Below are positions 19,450-28,780 of a stretch of 64,000 nucleotides of DNA, piece by piece. Position 1 is the stretch's first letter, and each line of letters begins with the position of its first letter. The translations under genes were made by a program, and so were the position numbers. The stretch is from a virus (lineage: Duplodnaviria; Heunggongvirae; Uroviricota; Caudoviricetes), in IMG/VR virus record IMGVR_UViG_3300001199_000001, positions 165,404-229,403 of that record; one strand, given 5' to 3'. The notes under the pieces are model-generated. The model was not told the origin of the DNA. It did no database searches and was given only the letters and a program-made list of their open reading frames with translations.

Positions 19450-20082
19450 TTATCCGTTCAGGACGGCTTCGGCGTTGATCCGGTTGACGCCGCGCCGCTG
19501 GAAGTTCTGGTTGGCGACTTCGGTTGTGTTCGCAGCGATGGCGCGGGTCGCGTCTTCGATAACGAAGGTGTCGAACCGCAGACCGATGGCGTCGAGCGCC
19601 GTGAAGGCCACGCAATAGTCATAGGCTAGGCCAACGCAGAATACGCGATGGTAGCCCTTCTCGCGTAAGATTTTGTCGAGGCCGGTACCGACCTTCTTGT
19701 CATTGTCTTGGAACGCCGAATAGCTGTCGACCTTGGGGTCCATGCCTTTGCGGATGATGGCGAAGGCTGGATTGGTATTCAGCCCCTTGACGAACTCAGC
19801 GCCTTTCGTGCCCTGGACGCAGTGATCTGGCCAATAGGTGTCGCCGGTCTCCGAATTCTGCGCGAACGCCTCAACGCCTGCTGTGGAAGCGAAAGATGTG
19901 TGGCCCTTCGGGTGCCAGTCTTGGGTCAGCACGACGCCCGCGCCCGCAGCGGCGAAGTGATCGCTCAGTTTGTTGATGATCGGCACGATTTGATCGCCGT
20001 CTTCGACAGCAAGGGCGCCGCCGGGGATGAAATCGTTCTGAACATCGATGATGAGCAAAACGTCGGTTTTGAGAATTTCCAT
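19450..20082 (-). CDS. pncA: nicotinamidase/pyrazinamidase
   Basis: IDVQNDF.PGGAL, QDWHP, WPDHCVQGT, KG...DSYSAF, GLAYDYCV. Confidence 0.96.
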   Translation of the reverse strand: MEILKTDVLLIIDVQNDFIPGGALAVEDGDQIVPIINKLSDHFAAAGAGVVLTQDWHPKGHTSFASTAGVEAFAQNSETGDTYWPDHCVQGTKGAEFVKGLNTNPAFAIIRKGMDPKVDSYSAFQDNDKKVGTGLDKILREKGYHRVFCVGLAYDYCVAFTALDAIGLRFDTFVIEDATRAIAANTTEVANQNFQRRGVNRINAEAVLNG

Positions 20083-20094
20083 GAGGTGTGGTCC

Positions 20095-20244
20095 TTAGAA
20101 TTTACGAAGAAGAGTATCGAGACGGGAGTTCTTGGCGGCGGTTGAGATCACCGCCTTCATGTTACCTTTCGATCCGCTAGAGAGGCGCTTGCCGGGCGTG
20201 TCCTTCTCCTGTGCAGGTGGATCGACGGGAGTCTTTTTTGTCAT
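20095..20244 (-). CDS. small basic hypothetical protein inside NAD operon
   Basis: 49 codons from ATG 20244 fill the pncB-pncA gap. Confidence 0.45.
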   Translation of the reverse strand: MTKKTPVDPPAQEKDTPGKRLSSGSKGNMKAVISTAAKNSRLDTLLRKF

Positions 20245-20260
20245 GCTGATCTTTCTCTTG

Positions 20261-21643
20261 TTAGACGACAACCGGAGCATCTTTGACGCCTTCGACGCCA
20301 AATACACGACGATAGCGTTCGATCTCTTCAGTCGGGCCGGTGGCCTTCGTGAAGTTGTCCGACAGTTTGACAGCCGGGCGCCCGTCAGCATCCTTGACCT
20401 TGCAGACGATGCTGATCGGCTTCATGTTGTCAGGGTCAACCGGATCACAGCCGATGAAATCGTTCGTCAGCATGGTCCCCCAGCCGTAGCCGTCACGGAT
20501 TCGGCCATGGAAGTAGTTGTATAGCTCGACGATATCGACGCCCTGCGGCTCGAACCCATCGATCTTTACGTCAAGGCCATCGCTGAAGAGAACAAGCTTG
20601 TCGGTCGGAGCGATGCTCTTGCTCAGCCACCAATCGATGATCTCATCCCCGGCGACAAACGGGTCTTTTGAATCCGGGCGGTGTCCCGTCCAATAGGTCA
20701 GAAATTCCGGCGCGTTCTTCAGAAACTGGGTGGTTCCAAAGGTGTCGGGCAGGCATACCAGCAGGTTGCCGCGATAGTCGTCCTGCCAGAGCTTCAGCAC
20801 CTTATACTGTGCCTGCGCAAGGTCGTGATCTCCCTGCGCCAGCGCGGCGACGGCCATCGGTAATTCGTGAGCGTTGGTTCCCTTGGCGTCGAGGCCGTGC
20901 CTATAGGCAAGGTAGGCGTTCGACGTGCCGGTAAACCGCTTGCCGAGCACTTCCTTCATCATCAGCACGCAGAATTCCTGCCACAGGAAGGAGTGGCGGC
21001 GGCGTGTGCCGAAATCCGTGATGCTCAGTTCCGGAAGGGTGGCGAGCCGTTGGAGTTTCTTGAACAGTTTGACCTTGGCCTGAGCATACATGATGTCAAG
21101 ACGCCACTTCGGCATCGTCGCCAACTTCTTGCGATAACGAAGCTCGTTGACGATGCACATGGCGAAGGTTTCCCAGAGGGTCGTCTCCAGCCAGGGACCG
21201 TGGAAGGTCAACACAATCTGACCCGTCGTCTCGTGGATCGGATGGCCGAAACCGTCGTCCTCGACCAGAACTTCATCACTGAACTCATGTTCAAGACGAT
21301 AATCACTCAGTTTGAACGAATGCCGCAGGTAATCCATGTAGCCCGGCGCGAAGATTCCGTCCTGCCCGTAGAACTTGTTGCCCTCCAACCAGATCAGGAA
21401 GCTTTCTTCCCACTCCAGGGTCTTGACGTGGTCAAGCTGGCGTCGCAGTTCGTCGATATCGATATCGTCCGCAAGCCGCACAGACTTGGTGCGGTTCTTG
21501 AGGCCGAAGGTCGCGGTCGTGCCGTAGAAATTTCGCCAGATGAACTGGTGCATCAGCAGTTTGTAGAAATCGAGATCGCCGAGGTGGCGAATGATCGGAT
21601 CGAACGGAAAACCGTGATCGTAGGCGCGTTTTGCGAAGTCCAT
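20261..21643 (-). CDS. pncB: nicotinate phosphoribosyltransferase
   Basis: DFYKLLM, TDFGTRRRHS, GTSN, GTNAHE, RPDS, FSDGLD, AVKLSD. Confidence 0.95.
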   Translation of the reverse strand: MDFAKRAYDHGFPFDPIIRHLGDLDFYKLLMHQFIWRNFYGTTATFGLKNRTKSVRLADDIDIDELRRQLDHVKTLEWEESFLIWLEGNKFYGQDGIFAPGYMDYLRHSFKLSDYRLEHEFSDEVLVEDDGFGHPIHETTGQIVLTFHGPWLETTLWETFAMCIVNELRYRKKLATMPKWRLDIMYAQAKVKLFKKLQRLATLPELSITDFGTRRRHSFLWQEFCVLMMKEVLGKRFTGTSNAYLAYRHGLDAKGTNAHELPMAVAALAQGDHDLAQAQYKVLKLWQDDYRGNLLVCLPDTFGTTQFLKNAPEFLTYWTGHRPDSKDPFVAGDEIIDWWLSKSIAPTDKLVLFSDGLDVKIDGFEPQGVDIVELYNYFHGRIRDGYGWGTMLTNDFIGCDPVDPDNMKPISIVCKVKDADGRPAVKLSDNFTKATGPTEEIERYRRVFGVEGVKDAPVVV

Positions 21644-21644
21644 C

Positions 21645-22769
21645 TTAATTGCCCCCGTCGAGATGACGCAGCATTTTGTGGATGATCTTATAGTGATCTT
21701 CCATCATCTGAGACCGCTGCACGTCAGCCAGTGGGACCCATACGGCGCGCTTTGCGTCCGAGCCCGCCTTGATCTTCGGCAACGCCGTCATTTCACGCAC
21801 GCGCTTCTGAAATTGAGCCGTGGTCTCTCCGACCCGTTGCGGCGGGACTTCCGGCTGAAGGTGGAAAAGAAAGGCGGTGGTGATCGTCCGCTTCCGGGTT
21901 GAGCGCATCGGGTGATCGAAGACCTCTTGATGCTTCAGCGCCTTTTTAAGGATCGGCTCCGGCACGGCGATTCGCGTTTCTTCCATCAATTCCTTAATGA
22001 CGGTCTGATAGAAGGTGTCGTTCTTTTCGACGTGACCGCCCGGCAGCGCCCAGAGGCCCTTACATGGATAATCCCTCCGCTGAACCAGCAGGACATGGCC
22101 CGCTTGGATAACGACGGCGTCTGAGGTGACGAAATTTGGTGGATATTGTGCGGTATTCGTCTTCAGGTATTTGAGCATGAATTCCCGCTCGGCGCGTAGC
22201 TCGGCGAACGCGTCTGTATCCTGAAACTTCAAAAGAAAATCCTGTACCGCAACCGGGACTTGTTGGCTGATGGGCGTGCCAATCCAGCCGACGGTCGAGC
22301 GCCGTACGTCCCTCGCCAGAACGATTTCACGGATCGCGGTGGCGTCTAACTGTTCGTGATTGGGGACTTCAATCGTGTCCCACTGGGGGAACATCTTGAT
22401 GTAATAGGAGGACTGGTCCTTGGAGTGACCGACGAGGCTTATCCAAGCATTTTCAGGAAGGTCGAAGTGGTCGAGCGCCCCTTCCGCACATTGCTGGATT
22501 GAAACGGTCCAGTCGTCATCGCTGTAGTTTGAATCCGGTTGAGCGGCGAAATCCACCCGCCCTCGTTCTTCTGCCGTTAGGCTGTCTTGGATCATACGCA
22601 TCCGTTCAACATCGGTGAACGGAAGCACGTCCCAGCGGCGGGGCTGGTCGGCGGAGCCTATAACGATGAGGAGGTAGCGGCACTGCGCCAAGGCGGCTCT
22701 GATGACCGCAAGATGACCGTTATGAAACGGTTGGAAGCGTCCAATGAAGACGCCGAGATCGTAATGCAC
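21645..22769 (-). CDS. bifunctional NMN/NaMN adenylyltransferase - Nudix ADP-ribose pyrophosphatase (NadM-Nudix)
   Basis: GRFQPFHNGH (HxGH), ATAIR, Nudix box ALPGGHVE...KELMEET, GSDA, EDH. Confidence 0.94.
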   Translation of the reverse strand: MHYDLGVFIGRFQPFHNGHLAVIRAALAQCRYLLIVIGSADQPRRWDVLPFTDVERMRMIQDSLTAEERGRVDFAAQPDSNYSDDDWTVSIQQCAEGALDHFDLPENAWISLVGHSKDQSSYYIKMFPQWDTIEVPNHEQLDATAIREIVLARDVRRSTVGWIGTPISQQVPVAVQDFLLKFQDTDAFAELRAEREFMLKYLKTNTAQYPPNFVTSDAVVIQAGHVLLVQRRDYPCKGLWALPGGHVEKNDTFYQTVIKELMEETRIAVPEPILKKALKHQEVFDHPMRSTRKRTITTAFLFHLQPEVPPQRVGETTAQFQKRVREMTALPKIKAGSDAKRAVWVPLADVQRSQMMEDHYKIIHKMLRHLDGGN

Positions 22770-22828
22770 CGGTAGCTCCTACTCGGTTATGGTCGGTCGG
22801 CGAGTCTATCTCTATGACCGTTGACAAA

Positions 22829-22857
22829 AGCTTATGCTACGAAAAAGCATAAGTCAA
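22829..22857 (-). promoter_or_regulatory. NAD operon promoter with 21-bp palindromic operator (NadQ/NrtR-like)
   Basis: TTGACT-17-TAAGCT; TTATGCT-N7-AGCATAA at 22832-22852 spans the spacer. Confidence 0.75.
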
Positions 22858-22865
22858 GTTAAAAA

Positions 22866-23279
22866 TCACCCGGCTTTGCGCCGTTTCCTCTGTGGCGGTT
22901 CCTCCGGTTTGACCTCGACATCGGTTTTCTTTCGCGCGCCTTTAACCGGATCGCCTGGATAGAGCCGCGCGGCTGCTAAAAAATCACGAAGTAAGAATGG
23001 CGGCGGCCTGCGTCCCCATTCAACTTCATCCATCTGTGACAGGACATCGCGAGGCGTGTTTTCCATCAGAAACGTCAGGTACGCGCGGTCGTCGTTGATC
23101 TCCATCATGGGCACGCGATTATCATCGATAGGCGGACCGAACTCGATGCCAGACGCTATATGATAGGTGCTGCCTTCATCGCTGAAAGCAAAGCTGCCGA
23201 TAACGACACAGTCGACCATCTTGGCGCGCTTGCCTCCGGTGAAGACGCGGATTTTCTGCGTGGGTTCCGCCTTCTTCAT
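22866..23279 (-). CDS. hypothetical protein
   Basis: 137 aa ORF. Confidence 0.6.
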   Translation of the reverse strand: MKKAEPTQKIRVFTGGKRAKMVDCVVIGSFAFSDEGSTYHIASGIEFGPPIDDNRVPMMEINDDRAYLTFLMENTPRDVLSQMDEVEWGRRPPPFLLRDFLAAARLYPGDPVKGARKKTDVEVKPEEPPQRKRRKAG

Positions 23280-23476
23280 CAGGATTGACGCCGCGCGCGA
23301 TCCAGCGCAAGGAAGCGTTCAAGTTCTTTATCGGTGCAGTCCGGCAAGAATTTGAGGGCGGACTTTACGACCTCCTCGCCATATTCCATGACCAAGCGCC
23401 GTCTGGGCTCAGACAGATTGTCGTACCAATCGGTGAGAGCCTTGTCTGTCATGAGCGGACGTTACTGACAGGCGAG

Positions 23477-23887
23477 TTAGTTGTCAACTCTTTTCGACCT
23501 ACCGAATCGGCTGAAGCGCTTAAAGAGGCTGGTCGCTTTTTCCTTGCCGGTGAACGGGTCTAGCCCTGCTTTTCGCCAGTGATCGTGAAAATGGTCGATC
23601 TTCGCCTGCCGGTCAAAGGAGACGCCCTTACTGACCGCGAAAGCTTCGTCCAGAAGCAGTCCGGACATATCATCGGCATGCCAAAGTTTAAACCGTGTGA
23701 GGAAGTGATCATGCAGCGGCGTGCCAGCATGCCAAAGCTGCCACGCATTCCTCAGGGCCATGCCGCCAAAGTGGTGAACTAGGGTCGGTTCGAGGTCGTA
23801 CTTCGCCTCGACAAGCCGACCCAACGCCTCCTCGTAAGTCGCTGGGATCGGCTCGATTTTTACCGAGATTTCACTCTCCACCGGCAA
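23477..23887 (-). CDS. hypothetical protein (HH..G..LRN.W.LW / HADDMS motif)
   Basis: conserved-looking motif seen in small phage/bacterial proteins. Confidence 0.65.
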   Translation of the reverse strand: MPVESEISVKIEPIPATYEEALGRLVEAKYDLEPTLVHHFGGMALRNAWQLWHAGTPLHDHFLTRFKLWHADDMSGLLLDEAFAVSKGVSFDRQAKIDHFHDHWRKAGLDPFTGKEKATSLFKRFSRFGRSKRVDN

Positions 23888-24152
23888 CTTCCTCGAACAA
23901 GGTCCCGAAGTCTCGCGCCGTGTAGGCCGACAGGGTGTCGTGCTCCAGTACGATGAAGCTGCCGATACGGCCTTGATGTGCCGCGCCCTCGGCCTGCGGA
24001 ACGATCAGCGTGCGGACCGCATCAATCGAAACAGGCTGTGAGCCGATGGGAGTATAGACGCTATAGTCCTGCACCCACTCGGGCCATTCACTACGCGCCT
24101 GTCCCTCGTAGCGGAAGACCTTGATTTCAGACGGTCTGCGGACATAGGTCAT
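23871..24152 (-). CDS. hypothetical phage protein
   Basis: 93 aa, coupled to neighbours. Confidence 0.6.
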   Translation of the reverse strand: MTYVRRPSEIKVFRYEGQARSEWPEWVQDYSVYTPIGSQPVSIDAVRTLIVPQAEGAAHQGRIGSFIVLEHDTLSAYTARDFGTLFEEVAGGE

Positions 24153-24567
24153 CGGCTTTAAGCTCCATGTATTTGTGGGATCGGGACACGTGACTTACGG
24201 ACTTAAAGCCGGTACCGAGCATAAATTGGTGGGGCATGGTCCAGATAGATTTACCAAGACACCCGCCGCCGTCCGTCTTGTTGTGCAGCCAGTATACCTC
24301 ACGGCCAAGCATTTTGGCGTAATCAATCTCACGAGTCGTCGATTCGCCGTAGTACTGATTAACATTCAGCACGAGGATTGCATCTGACTGAGCAATCTTC
24401 TCAAGATGAATGACATCCAGCCTTCGCTTCTCTTCGTCGTCAAATACGTCGCCTGAGTGTCCAAACCCCGCCACTGAATAGACGATGTGACCCGCCAAGG
24501 TCAGGATGATATTCCAGTCCTGAAAGGCTTCGCGAAATTTTGTCGAGCCACAAAGGGTGATTTTCAT
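24127..24567 (-). CDS. nucleoside deoxyribosyltransferase-like fold protein
   Basis: ITLCGSTKF, KIAQSDAILVLN, YYGEST.REI.YA. Confidence 0.7.
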   Translation of the reverse strand: MKITLCGSTKFREAFQDWNIILTLAGHIVYSVAGFGHSGDVFDDEEKRRLDVIHLEKIAQSDAILVLNVNQYYGESTTREIDYAKMLGREVYWLHNKTDGGGCLGKSIWTMPHQFMLGTGFKSVSHVSRSHKYMELKADDLCPQTV

Positions 24568-24752
24568 CCAAACGCCCTCCAGACCCGCACGATCTCAGGC
24601 TCGAAATAAAGTGACGCGAGCACGCCGAGCGTGAAGGAGCAGCAACCAAGAATAAGAAAAGCGGGATTCGCCTTGAACGACGGTCTATTCACTGCGCAGC
24701 CCCGAAGGTGAGTTCATCAAGCTGACACTCTATGTCAGCTTGGCTTACACCG

Positions 24753-25070
24753 TCAAGAATTCGCTAGGAACTTTCGGAACGACAAAATGTCGCCCTCTAG
24801 CTGGGTCAGCATCGTGCGCGCCTGATCGATGGGACCGGCCGAGAGGATGCCTCGCAGTTGCTGGATTTCACGCGCAGTGGCGGCGGCGGCTTCGAGGTCG
24901 TCGATCATCTGCGCGATGAAGCCTTTACCCTCTTCTCTCGCCTGGGCGAGGAGCGCGAGAACGTATTGTGGGTTACGGCGTTGACGCGTTTCCTCGGTGC
25001 TGAAGGATTCGAGAGCGTTGTCGTTTTTATCAACGACCGTCAGGTGAGGTACGGACATCGGTTTCCCCAT
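24753..25070 (-). CDS. hypothetical protein
   Basis: 105 aa; TTGACA promoter upstream near 25112. Confidence 0.6.
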   Translation of the reverse strand: MGKPMSVPHLTVVDKNDNALESFSTEETRQRRNPQYVLALLAQAREEGKGFIAQMIDDLEAAAATAREIQQLRGILSAGPIDQARTMLTQLEGDILSFRKFLANS

Positions 25071-25141
25071 GAAATGTCAATATCCCCGACTCTAAGCGAG
25101 AGAATGACAACTGTCAACACATTTCGACCGGTGATAAAGTG

Positions 25142-25169
25142 TTGACAACAGGCGGAGGCTGATTATAAT
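25142..25169 (+). promoter_or_regulatory. consensus sigma70 promoter
   Basis: TTGACA-16-TATAAT. Confidence 0.8.
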
Positions 25170-25197
25170 GAACCGAAGTCAGCGATAGGAAACTCTA

Positions 25198-26565
25198 ATG
25201 GCCGCTTCGCCGCCCGGATGTGTGGAATTCCTGAAGGAATACAATCTTGCGAACGATCAGTTCGCTAAGGAAATTCTGAAGAACAACAACGAAGTCGTTC
25301 TCGGAAAGAGGGCGGCGACTCTTCGCGTTAAGATCGATGAGCCGACGTGGACGGCAAAGGCGGTCACTATCGCTTTTCACAAAGTCATGACGCTTCAAGA
25401 GCTACGGACCCTCATCGAGGAACGCTTTGGCGCCGTGAGACTCAAATCCGACGAACCGCTTCATCAGTCGTTTTATCGCTCGACCTATAAAAGCGATATC
25501 TTGAAGCGTATCGCAGACGGTAAGGCGGCTCACAAACGCATCTCGGGCTATCAATCTATGATTCGGCAAGCCAATCGCTTCGTCCTAACGAACGACACGC
25601 TTGAAGAAGTCTATCACTTGTCTCATCAGGTAGATAAACTCTACGACCGCTCTGCACTGGCGCGTATTCCCTTCGATACGGTCTTTATCGAGTACGACGG
25701 ACACCACAAGGTCCGCGTCGGTCGAGAGCACGGCACCGTAATCAAGGACATGGACTACGACGACTACACGGACATTCCGCGTAAATCCGGTTTTTTACTT
25801 AAGCAACTTTATCCGGACCGCCCTGATGCATGGGTGGCCTTCACGGTGCATTCCGATCAGGTCGTTGGCGGCCTGACGCCGCTGGGGTTCTTGTTTGACG
25901 CCCAGTCAACGGAAGTCATGCAAGAAAGGCTTGGATGGAAGAATATCACCCAGACCTATCTCAAGAAACTTCCCGCCTTCATGAATGAAGATGCCCATGA
26001 TGCCTTACAAGAATATAGCTGGGGTGTCTTTGGTCCGAAAGAAACAAAACCACCTGGGTGGGACGCCTTGACTAAAATGAGCGCCTACATCGAAGAGCCA
26101 TTATGGGCGCTTCATTTCGAAAAATACTCATCTCGCACTGAGATTGAATCACAAGCCAAAGTGCTCGCTGATGTAATGCGCGAACACGCTGGCGACCTTC
26201 GTTTTCTCGTCAGCCTACTCGCCGTTATGAACGAAGTGCCGATTATCCTGAACCCAGTCGAGTCGCGGGGATCATTCATGGCTGGCGGCAAGATGCAGCC
26301 GTTCTTTAGCCACCGGACAGTCGGCATTGATCTCCCCGCGCGTTATCGTAAACAGCGTCGGACGAAGATCGCCAAGCTCATCGCCGCTGCGGTCAAGTCA
26401 CGCAAACGCCGCCATCAGGTGCGCGGCCACATGCGGCGCTACTACGATAAAAACAAGACGCTGAAGAAAGAAGTCTGGATCAATTCGCATGCGCGCGGCG
26501 ACGCCACACTGGGGTGGGTGCACCAGGATTGGGAGGTCAGATCAAAGCATGTTCCTTCGCATTAG
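25198..26565 (+). CDS. hypothetical phage protein with basic C-terminal H.VRGH.R motif
   Basis: 455 aa; RRHQVRGHMRR...WI..HARGD. Confidence 0.75.
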   Translation: MAASPPGCVEFLKEYNLANDQFAKEILKNNNEVVLGKRAATLRVKIDEPTWTAKAVTIAFHKVMTLQELRTLIEERFGAVRLKSDEPLHQSFYRSTYKSDILKRIADGKAAHKRISGYQSMIRQANRFVLTNDTLEEVYHLSHQVDKLYDRSALARIPFDTVFIEYDGHHKVRVGREHGTVIKDMDYDDYTDIPRKSGFLLKQLYPDRPDAWVAFTVHSDQVVGGLTPLGFLFDAQSTEVMQERLGWKNITQTYLKKLPAFMNEDAHDALQEYSWGVFGPKETKPPGWDALTKMSAYIEEPLWALHFEKYSSRTEIESQAKVLADVMREHAGDLRFLVSLLAVMNEVPIILNPVESRGSFMAGGKMQPFFSHRTVGIDLPARYRKQRRTKIAKLIAAAVKSRKRRHQVRGHMRRYYDKNKTLKKEVWINSHARGDATLGWVHQDWEVRSKHVPSH

Positions 26566-26663
26566 CAATATCCTGATGCTGCTGATCCTCCTAGCCATAC
26601 TCTGGTGAGAATGTGTTGACAAATGACATGAAATCCTTCATACTGAACACATGGAGGCATTTC

Positions 26664-26951
26664 ATGACTCGGTTCGACCTGATCCACGTTGATCTTCTTG
26701 ACACCCTGCGCATGCGCGGGCGGTTCGGCCCTGTCTCCAAAACTCAATATATCGCCGAACAGCCTGCCCTTGCAGCCGCCGAGCGTCGCGTTGGCGAGTT
26801 GTTGGCTCACGGTTTTGTTGCGCAAAAAGATCATCTACTGCTCGTGACCGACAAGGGCATGACCGCCCTGGACGCGGCGCGGCGCGCGTCCATGAACAAA
26901 CCGCGCCGTACTTTTCTGGCAGAAGGGATCAAGCTGCTAAATGTTGGCTGA
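26664..26951 (+). CDS. small winged-helix-like hypothetical protein
   Basis: promoter TTGACA-17-CATACT (26616-26644), GGAGG SD; VTDKG motif. Confidence 0.6.
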   Translation: MTRFDLIHVDLLDTLRMRGRFGPVSKTQYIAEQPALAAAERRVGELLAHGFVAQKDHLLLVTDKGMTALDAARRASMNKPRRTFLAEGIKLLNVG

Positions 26952-27471
26952 ACTTTTTACGGACGAGGACGCCCCCGACCGGTTCGAATATCATCGTGAG
27001 ATGAACGAACAGATCGGGGGCAGGCCTGCCGACGCCATTGTCATCGAAGGATATGCCGTCGAATGGGGCGTCCTCGATGAAGAGAAAGAGATCATCTATC
27101 GCGGCGCGTTCGCCCAAAGCCTTAAGCTAAGCAAAGGCGCTTATGGCGTCCTCATGCATTATCAACACCTTGAGCGCCATCCTATCGGCCGCTGGTCGAA
27201 GATCGTCGAGGATGACCACGGGCTGTTTTGTCGCGGAGCTATCTATCCGCGTCTGTGTCCGCTGGGTCTTGTCCATGAAGTCCTCAAGAAGCATGACCCG
27301 ATCCGGGGCCTATCTCCAGGGTTCTTTTACCGCAACAGCACCAAAGGCATCTACACGACCTTCACTCGACGCCTGATACGTCGCGAGGTTCGAGGCGCGT
27401 GGCTGATGGAAGTTTCAGTCGGACGCGGCCCTGTGCAGCCCTCGGCGGCGTTCACCATCGTAAATCGTTGA
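26941..27471 (+). CDS. HK97-family prohead protease-like protein
   Basis: IEGYA, RGAF, YQH...PIG.W...EDDHGLF, GLSPGF, LMEVSV: His and Ser catalytic positions present. Confidence 0.8.
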   Translation: MLAELFTDEDAPDRFEYHREMNEQIGGRPADAIVIEGYAVEWGVLDEEKEIIYRGAFAQSLKLSKGAYGVLMHYQHLERHPIGRWSKIVEDDHGLFCRGAIYPRLCPLGLVHEVLKKHDPIRGLSPGFFYRNSTKGIYTTFTRRLIRREVRGAWLMEVSVGRGPVQPSAAFTIVNR

Positions 27472-27521
27472 CCACTGAATTTCAGTCGTGCTACCTTGTC
27501 ATCAAATCAGGGGACGGCAAT

Positions 27522-28025
27522 ATGAAATTCCTCACGTTCACCAGTAACGATTTCACGGCAAACGATCCATCCTTATACGTCCCAGCCAGCCAGATCAGCG
27601 CTGTTGCGACGGGGTTTTCGGACGAAAGCGCTGTCTTGCTGGGCATGTTCTCTATGCCCGGCAACGCCGCCATGCATTACGTTGTGCGGGGCTCTCAGCA
27701 ACAGGTCGCGGCTGAAGTCTCGCGTGGGCTGGGATATCCCCTTATCGGTATCCATACCGACAGCGATGATGATCAACTGGGTATATGCCTGCTGTTCGTC
27801 AATCCTAGCTTTATCACCGCTATCCTCCCTGCCGCAAACGAGGAGCGGTCGCTTTTATCGGTTATGATGGCCCCGCCTTCCGGTAACATGCATGCTACCT
27901 CCATACACAGCCGTGTCGATATGCTGGCCCTAATCAGCGGGTGGCAAGACAACAAAAACTTCGGGGTTGGTTATGTCGCCCTAGAGAACGGCGCCATCGT
28001 CGCCAAGCCCTTCAAGGAGAATTAG
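27522..28025 (+). CDS. hypothetical protein
   Basis: promoter near 27468, GGGGA SD; start moved to ATG 27522. Confidence 0.6.
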   Translation: MKFLTFTSNDFTANDPSLYVPASQISAVATGFSDESAVLLGMFSMPGNAAMHYVVRGSQQQVAAEVSRGLGYPLIGIHTDSDDDQLGICLLFVNPSFITAILPAANEERSLLSVMMAPPSGNMHATSIHSRVDMLALISGWQDNKNFGVGYVALENGAIVAKPFKEN

Positions 28026-28577
28026 ATGTTCTGGAATCTATTCAATTTCTTGCGCGGTCGACGCAAACCGGATTTGAAAGTCGTGAACGTTAAGGCGCTC
28101 GAACGCGACACACCGTTCTGCAATGTTGATGTCATCATGCCGGTGGTCACCCTTACGCCGACTGTCGAGATCGAGGCGGCGCTGCCGTCAAAGCCGGTTC
28201 GCAAAGCGAAGCCAAAAGAAACAACCCCACGGGCCACAAAGACAGCCGCAAAGAAGCCCGCCGCGCGTAAAAAGGCGGACACCACAGATGAGGATGTGAA
28301 CTTGGTGACATCCAACTTCGGCGCCATTCCAGGCTGGCTTGATCCTACACCCTCGTCCCCTGTAGCTTCCGAGCCCTCTGCGTCTGTCGAAGAGCCCTTC
28401 AGCGGTGGTGGTGGTAGCACTGGCGGCGGCGGCGCCACGGCTAGCTGGGGCGATTCATCGCCGTCGAATTCAAGTGATTACAGTTCATCCTACGATAGCG
28501 GTTCCAGCAGTTCATCGTCCTATGACAGCGGTAGTTCGTCTGATAACAGCGGTGGTGGTGGTGGAGGGGGCGACTGA
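28026..28577 (+). CDS. low-complexity Ser/Gly-rich protein
   Basis: FSGGGGSTGGGGA..SW and SSSYDS repeats; AAGGAG SD. Confidence 0.75.
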   Translation: MFWNLFNFLRGRRKPDLKVVNVKALERDTPFCNVDVIMPVVTLTPTVEIEAALPSKPVRKAKPKETTPRATKTAAKKPAARKKADTTDEDVNLVTSNFGAIPGWLDPTPSSPVASEPSASVEEPFSGGGGSTGGGGATASWGDSSPSNSSDYSSSYDSGSSSSSSYDSGSSSDNSGGGGGGGD

Positions 28578-28780
28578 TGCGTTGTTCCGACTGCAACCAT
28601 CTCTGTACCTCGGTCGTGGTGTATGAATCGAAGTCCGCCGGTCTTTGCGGTGGGCGGCGTTCAGCGCGTTTCAACAAGGAGGTAACCGCTGTCGATGGTT
28701 GCGGCGTTTTCATGTTGCGCCCGGCTCCGAAGACGAACCGTGTACTCGCTAACTCTTCAGCCTCCTACTAGGCCGAAAGA

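Noticed and set aside
19445-19615. Arg-rich N-terminal extension of NadE in the ORF track
   Set aside because: Overlaps pncA in another frame; the nitrilase domain starts at ATG 19444
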